Part shown: in pieces, positions 35,274 to 38,655 of the stretch | Position numbering within the stretch: position 1 is the first letter of the stretch | Layout: each line of letters starts with the position of its first letter | DNA from: an uncultured Legionellales bacterium | GTDB lineage: Bacteria; Pseudomonadota; Gammaproteobacteria; Eutrophobiales; Eutrophobiaceae | Direction: 5' to 3' | NCBI GenBank assembly: GCA_913041115.1 | Contig: CAJWIE010000003.1 | Coordinates: forward strand, 1-38,655 | DNA: 38,655 bases | Translations under genes and position numbers: made by a program | Notes under the pieces: model-generated | The model's database searches: none | What the model was told of the DNA's origin: nothing | Seen by the model: the letters and a program-made list of their open reading frames with translations, nothing else

Positions 35274-36010
35274 TAAGGATTTTTCACTACCTCGTAGATT
35301 AATTGTTTTATATCTTTAAGTCCGTTCTTTAGATTTTTTTCAATTATATCCATAGTGATAGTTTCGGAGTCCTTCCCGGCTGCCCAGTTTACGACTAAAC
35401 CACAACATGCATAATCTACCTCAAGTTCTTTCGCAAGAGCTGCTTCTGGCATCCCGGTCATACCAACAACGTTACAACCATCTTTTTCGAGCTTCGAAAT
35501 TTCCGCAGCTGTTTCTAATCTAGGTCCTTGCGTTACCCCATAAACACCCTTTTTATGAATTTTGAGTTTGATTACGCGGGCAGCTTCTATTAATTGATTT
35601 CTTAAAGTTTCAGAATATGGCATCGTGAAATCAATATGTTTTACATTTTCTAGTTCTTCTTCATAAAAAGTGTTTCCTCTGCCATACGTATAGTCAATTA
35701 CTTGATTAGGCACAATAATACTATTTGGATTCATTAATTTCGTTATCCCGCCAACAGAATTGACACTAATTATTTTTTTTACACCTATTTTCTTTAATGC
35801 CCATATATTCGCCCGATAATTTATTTTGTGAGGAGGTATCGTATGGGAATCTCCGTGGCGAGGTAAAAAAACAATATTGGTCTTATTTAATTCACCGGTT
35901 ATTATTGATGCTGGCGATTTACTCCAGGGAGTGTCAACAATGATTTTATCTGTAACTTTAAGTTCCGGTAATTGGCTTAACCCGCTACCCCCAATAATTG
36001 CAATGGTCAT
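35270..36010 (-). CDS. mtnP: S-methyl-5'-thioinosine phosphorylase (MTAP/PNP family)
   Basis: IIGGSG, LPRHG..H..PPH.INYRAN, QGPRLET.AE, VGMT..PEA.LA.E. VVNWAAG has Asn rather than the TDYD Asp of MTAP, pointing to 6-oxopurine specificity. Confidence 0.88.
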   Translation of the reverse strand: MTIAIIGGSGLSQLPELKVTDKIIVDTPWSKSPASIITGELNKTNIVFLPRHGDSHTIPPHKINYRANIWALKKIGVKKIISVNSVGGITKLMNPNSIIVPNQVIDYTYGRGNTFYEEELENVKHIDFTMPYSETLRNQLIEAARVIKLKIHKKGVYGVTQGPRLETAAEISKLEKDGCNVVGMTGMPEAALAKELEVDYACCGLVVNWAAGKDSETITMDIIEKNLKNGLKDIKQLIYEVVKNPY

Positions 36011-36570
36011 GATTTTCTAACCGCATAAATACCCGCAGCATTTCTATGATATTCGCAATAATCCATTCCATATCCAAATACATATACATTAGGAACACTT
36101 ACACCTACAAAGTCTATATTTTGGTTAAATTCTTTATTACCTAAAACTTTCTGAACAAGAACAGCAGTAAGAACGTTCTTTGCTCCATTTGAGTAGCAAT
36201 ATTTAATAATCTCAGACAATGTAACGCCTTCATCTAAAATATCATCAACAAGCAGTATTGTTCTTCCTATTAGGGACTTATCAGGTTTTTTTAGCCAAGT
36301 TAATTTACCACCATGAACACCCCCTGCGTAGCGGGTTGCATGAGCATAATCAATTTGTAGCGGAAAATTCAATTTCGGAATTAATTGCCCCGCCATGATT
36401 AATCCACCAATCATTATCGGAATTATTATAGGGTTAGTTTTTTCAAGTTCACTTGTTATAGCTACACTAATATCGTCAATAACCTCGTTTATTTCTGAGG
36501 TAGTGTACAAAAGTTCTGCTTCTTTCAAAACTTTCTGACATTCTTTAATGGATTCTTTTTGGTCAGCCAT
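36007..36570 (-). CDS. hpt: Hypoxanthine-guanine phosphoribosyltransferase
   Basis: M.GGL, DY.HATRY, ILLVDDILDEGVTL (PRPP loop), YVFGYGMDY..Y.RN..GIYA; 4-nt overlap with mtnP. Confidence 0.9.
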   Translation of the reverse strand: MADQKESIKECQKVLKEAELLYTTSEINEVIDDISVAITSELEKTNPIIIPIMIGGLIMAGQLIPKLNFPLQIDYAHATRYAGGVHGGKLTWLKKPDKSLIGRTILLVDDILDEGVTLSEIIKYCYSNGAKNVLTAVLVQKVLGNKEFNQNIDFVGVSVPNVYVFGYGMDYCEYHRNAAGIYAVRKS

Positions 36571-37008
36571 GTTTTATTCTTTTCGACGATTACTTTTTTT
36601 GTCAATTGATCTAAATTAGATATGTCTAATTAGTTAAGTAGCCATAATTTAGTTTTTTTAAAATATAAGTGATTTTAAATTATTAATCATAACTATTAAC
36701 CACTTAAATGAGTATAATAGTATCTCTTTGTTTTATATAATAATATTAACAAGTTGTTATTTTAGTTAGTTTTTTCTGTCAAAAATAATTATATATTTTT
36801 CAATGTCTTATATATAGTATTATGTATTTTGATAAAACTGCATTTTCTGGGAAAACAAAGCATATTTAAGGGCTTTTTGTAAAATGCAATAGATGGTCGG
36901 TTTTGGTAATATCCGTGCCTCTTTTGTTGCCAGTTAATGTAAAATTGAGAGATTCGATATTAAATATTTTATCTTACTAATAAAAATTAAAGTAATTTGA
37001 GGAAGACT

Positions 37009-38277
37009 ATGTTTAGTAATAGTATAAAAGTGGAAGGTTTTGATGATGAATTATTTAATGCTATTGAAGGTGAGAGGCGTCGTCAAGAAGAGCATATTGA
37101 GTTAATTGCATCTGAGAATATGGCAAGTCCACGGGTTTTAGAATGTCAAGGTTCTGTTTTAACAAACAAATACGCTGAGGGGTATCCGGCTAAGCGTTAT
37201 TATGGTGGGTGTGAATTTGTTGATGTTGCCGAACAACTTGCAATTGATAGAGCTATTGAATTGTTTGGCGCAGATTGGGCAAATGTTCAGTCACATTCTG
37301 GTTCCCAGGCAAACGGTGCTGTTTTTCATGCCCTATTAGAGCCAGGAGATACTATTATGGGCATGAGTTTGGCTCATGGCGGACACCTAACACATGGGGC
37401 TAGTGTTAATGTGTCGGGGCGTATATATAACGCAGTGCAATATGGTTTGAATGCTAAAACTGGTGAAATTGATTATGATGAGGCTGAAAAACTAGCTCTT
37501 AAAACTAAACCAAAATTAATTATCACTGGATTTTCTGCCTATTCGAGAGTACTGGATTGGCAACGATTCCGTGATATTGCTGACAGAGTTGGCGCGCTTA
37601 TGCTATCGGATATCGCACATATCGCCGGACTTATTGCTGTTGATGAATATCCTAGCCCTATACAAATTGCTGATGTTACAACAACAACAACTCATAAAAC
37701 TCTTCGTGGCCCTCGTTCAGGATTAATTATGGGAAAAGCTAACGAAGAAATACAAAAGAAAGTTAATTTTACTGTATTCCCATCATATCAAGGCGGACCC
37801 TTAATGCACATAATTGCAGCGAAAGCTGTTGCACTTAAAGAGGCAATGCAACCTGAGTTTAAGACCTATATTCAACAGGTTAAAAAAAATGCCAAAGTAA
37901 TGGCAGAAACGTTTATAGACCGTGGTCTTAAAATAGTTTCTGGAGGCACAGATAACCATTTATTTCTTGTTGACATGGTTGATAAGGGCTTGACAGGAAA
38001 AGATGTTGATGCTGCATTAGGAGCAGCCAATATTACTGTTAATAAAAATGCAGTACCAAACGATCCTCAATCACCTTTTATAACTAGCGGTATTCGTATT
38101 GGAACGCCATCAATTACAACACGTGGTTTTGACGAGTCAGATGCAAAACAAGTAGCAAACTGGTGTTGCGATATTATGGATAATATGGGAGATGATTCTG
38201 TTATCAAACGTGTAAAAAGTGAAGTGCTTGAACTTTGTAAGAGTCGGCCCCTGTATGAGTTTAACCAAGATTTATAA
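37009..38277 (+). CDS. glyA: Serine hydroxymethyltransferase
   Basis: [42 protein letters not shown] (PLP Lys), NKN.VP.D, SGIRIGT. ATG 37009 follows a GAGGA RBS. Confidence 0.99.
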   Translation: MFSNSIKVEGFDDELFNAIEGERRRQEEHIELIASENMASPRVLECQGSVLTNKYAEGYPAKRYYGGCEFVDVAEQLAIDRAIELFGADWANVQSHSGSQANGAVFHALLEPGDTIMGMSLAHGGHLTHGASVNVSGRIYNAVQYGLNAKTGEIDYDEAEKLALKTKPKLIITGFSAYSRVLDWQRFRDIADRVGALMLSDIAHIAGLIAVDEYPSPIQIADVTTTTTHKTLRGPRSGLIMGKANEEIQKKVNFTVFPSYQGGPLMHIIAAKAVALKEAMQPEFKTYIQQVKKNAKVMAETFIDRGLKIVSGGTDNHLFLVDMVDKGLTGKDVDAALGAANITVNKNAVPNDPQSPFITSGIRIGTPSITTRGFDESDAKQVANWCCDIMDNMGDDSVIKRVKSEVLELCKSRPLYEFNQDL

Positions 38278-38356
38278 AGTTTCATTTTTTTTGCTTAAGA
38301 GATTGCGTTTTAATCTCAGATTAGTTATCTAAAAATTAAAATAAGTGGGCTGAAAT

Positions 38357-38655
38357 ATGCGATGTCCTTTCTGCAGTCATCTTGATACGAAGGTTATTGA
38401 TTCACGTGAGGTTGGTGAAGGAGATCAGATTCGCCGCAGACGTGAATGCATTTCTTGTAAAGGAAGATTTACAACCTACGAATCGGCGGAGCTCAATCTT
38501 CCTCGTATTATTAAGTCTGATAACCGACGTGAATCTTTTGATGAAGAAAAGCTGAGAGCAGGAATTTTACGAGCTGTCGAAAAATGTCCAGTTGAAATGG
38601 AACGGGTGGAAACTGCAATATCTAATATAAAAAATAATCTTCGTGCTGCTGGGGA
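38357..38655 (+). CDS. nrdR: Transcriptional repressor NrdR (partial, runs off the window)
   Basis: Manual translation [42 protein letters not shown]… gives a zinc ribbon with RRRR, followed by an ATP-cone start. glyA-nrdR synteny. Confidence 0.97.
   Translation, partial: MRCPFCSHLDTKVIDSREVGEGDQIRRRRECISCKGRFTTYESAELNLPRIIKSDNRRESFDEEKLRAGILRAVEKCPVEMERVETAISNIKNNLRAAG

Noticed and set aside
38299-38317. GAGATT-N7-AATCTC hairpin after glyA as a terminator
   Set aside because: Weak 6-bp AT-rich stem without a following U-tract.

Overview
AT-rich (roughly one-third GC by eye), gene-dense core-genome segment of a gammaproteobacterium (taxonomy inferred from protein types and gene order). It carries pyrG-kdsA-eno-ftsB-ispD-ispF, then a minus-strand block (tas, purB, a PLD-fold-like hypothetical, a minimal secretin-like protein, purL, an Smr nuclease). 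Next come pyrC-rnt, a 3-TM cNMP-binding (Popeye-like) membrane protein and divergent mtaD/mtnA, followed by gyrA-pheA-hisC-tyrA-aroA-cmk-rpsA-ihfB-lapA-lapB-pyrF-mfd-csiV. The window ends with convergent hpt-mtnP and glyA-nrdR (nrdR truncated by the window end and absent from the ORF track). I saw no rRNA, tRNA, CRISPR array, integrase, transposase or phage gene, and I cannot support a clearly new multi-gene system. The best leads are the orphan Popeye-like cNMP receptor with a non-canonical phosphate-binding cassette, the coupled PLD-like/mini-secretin gene pair, a perfect 3x18-bp repeat triplicating the ribosome-anchoring N-terminus of bS1, the MTA-deamination salvage route, palindromes over the gyrA and lapA promoters, and several genes absent from usually conserved neighbourhoods (truD, serC, ubiG, nagZ, ycfD).
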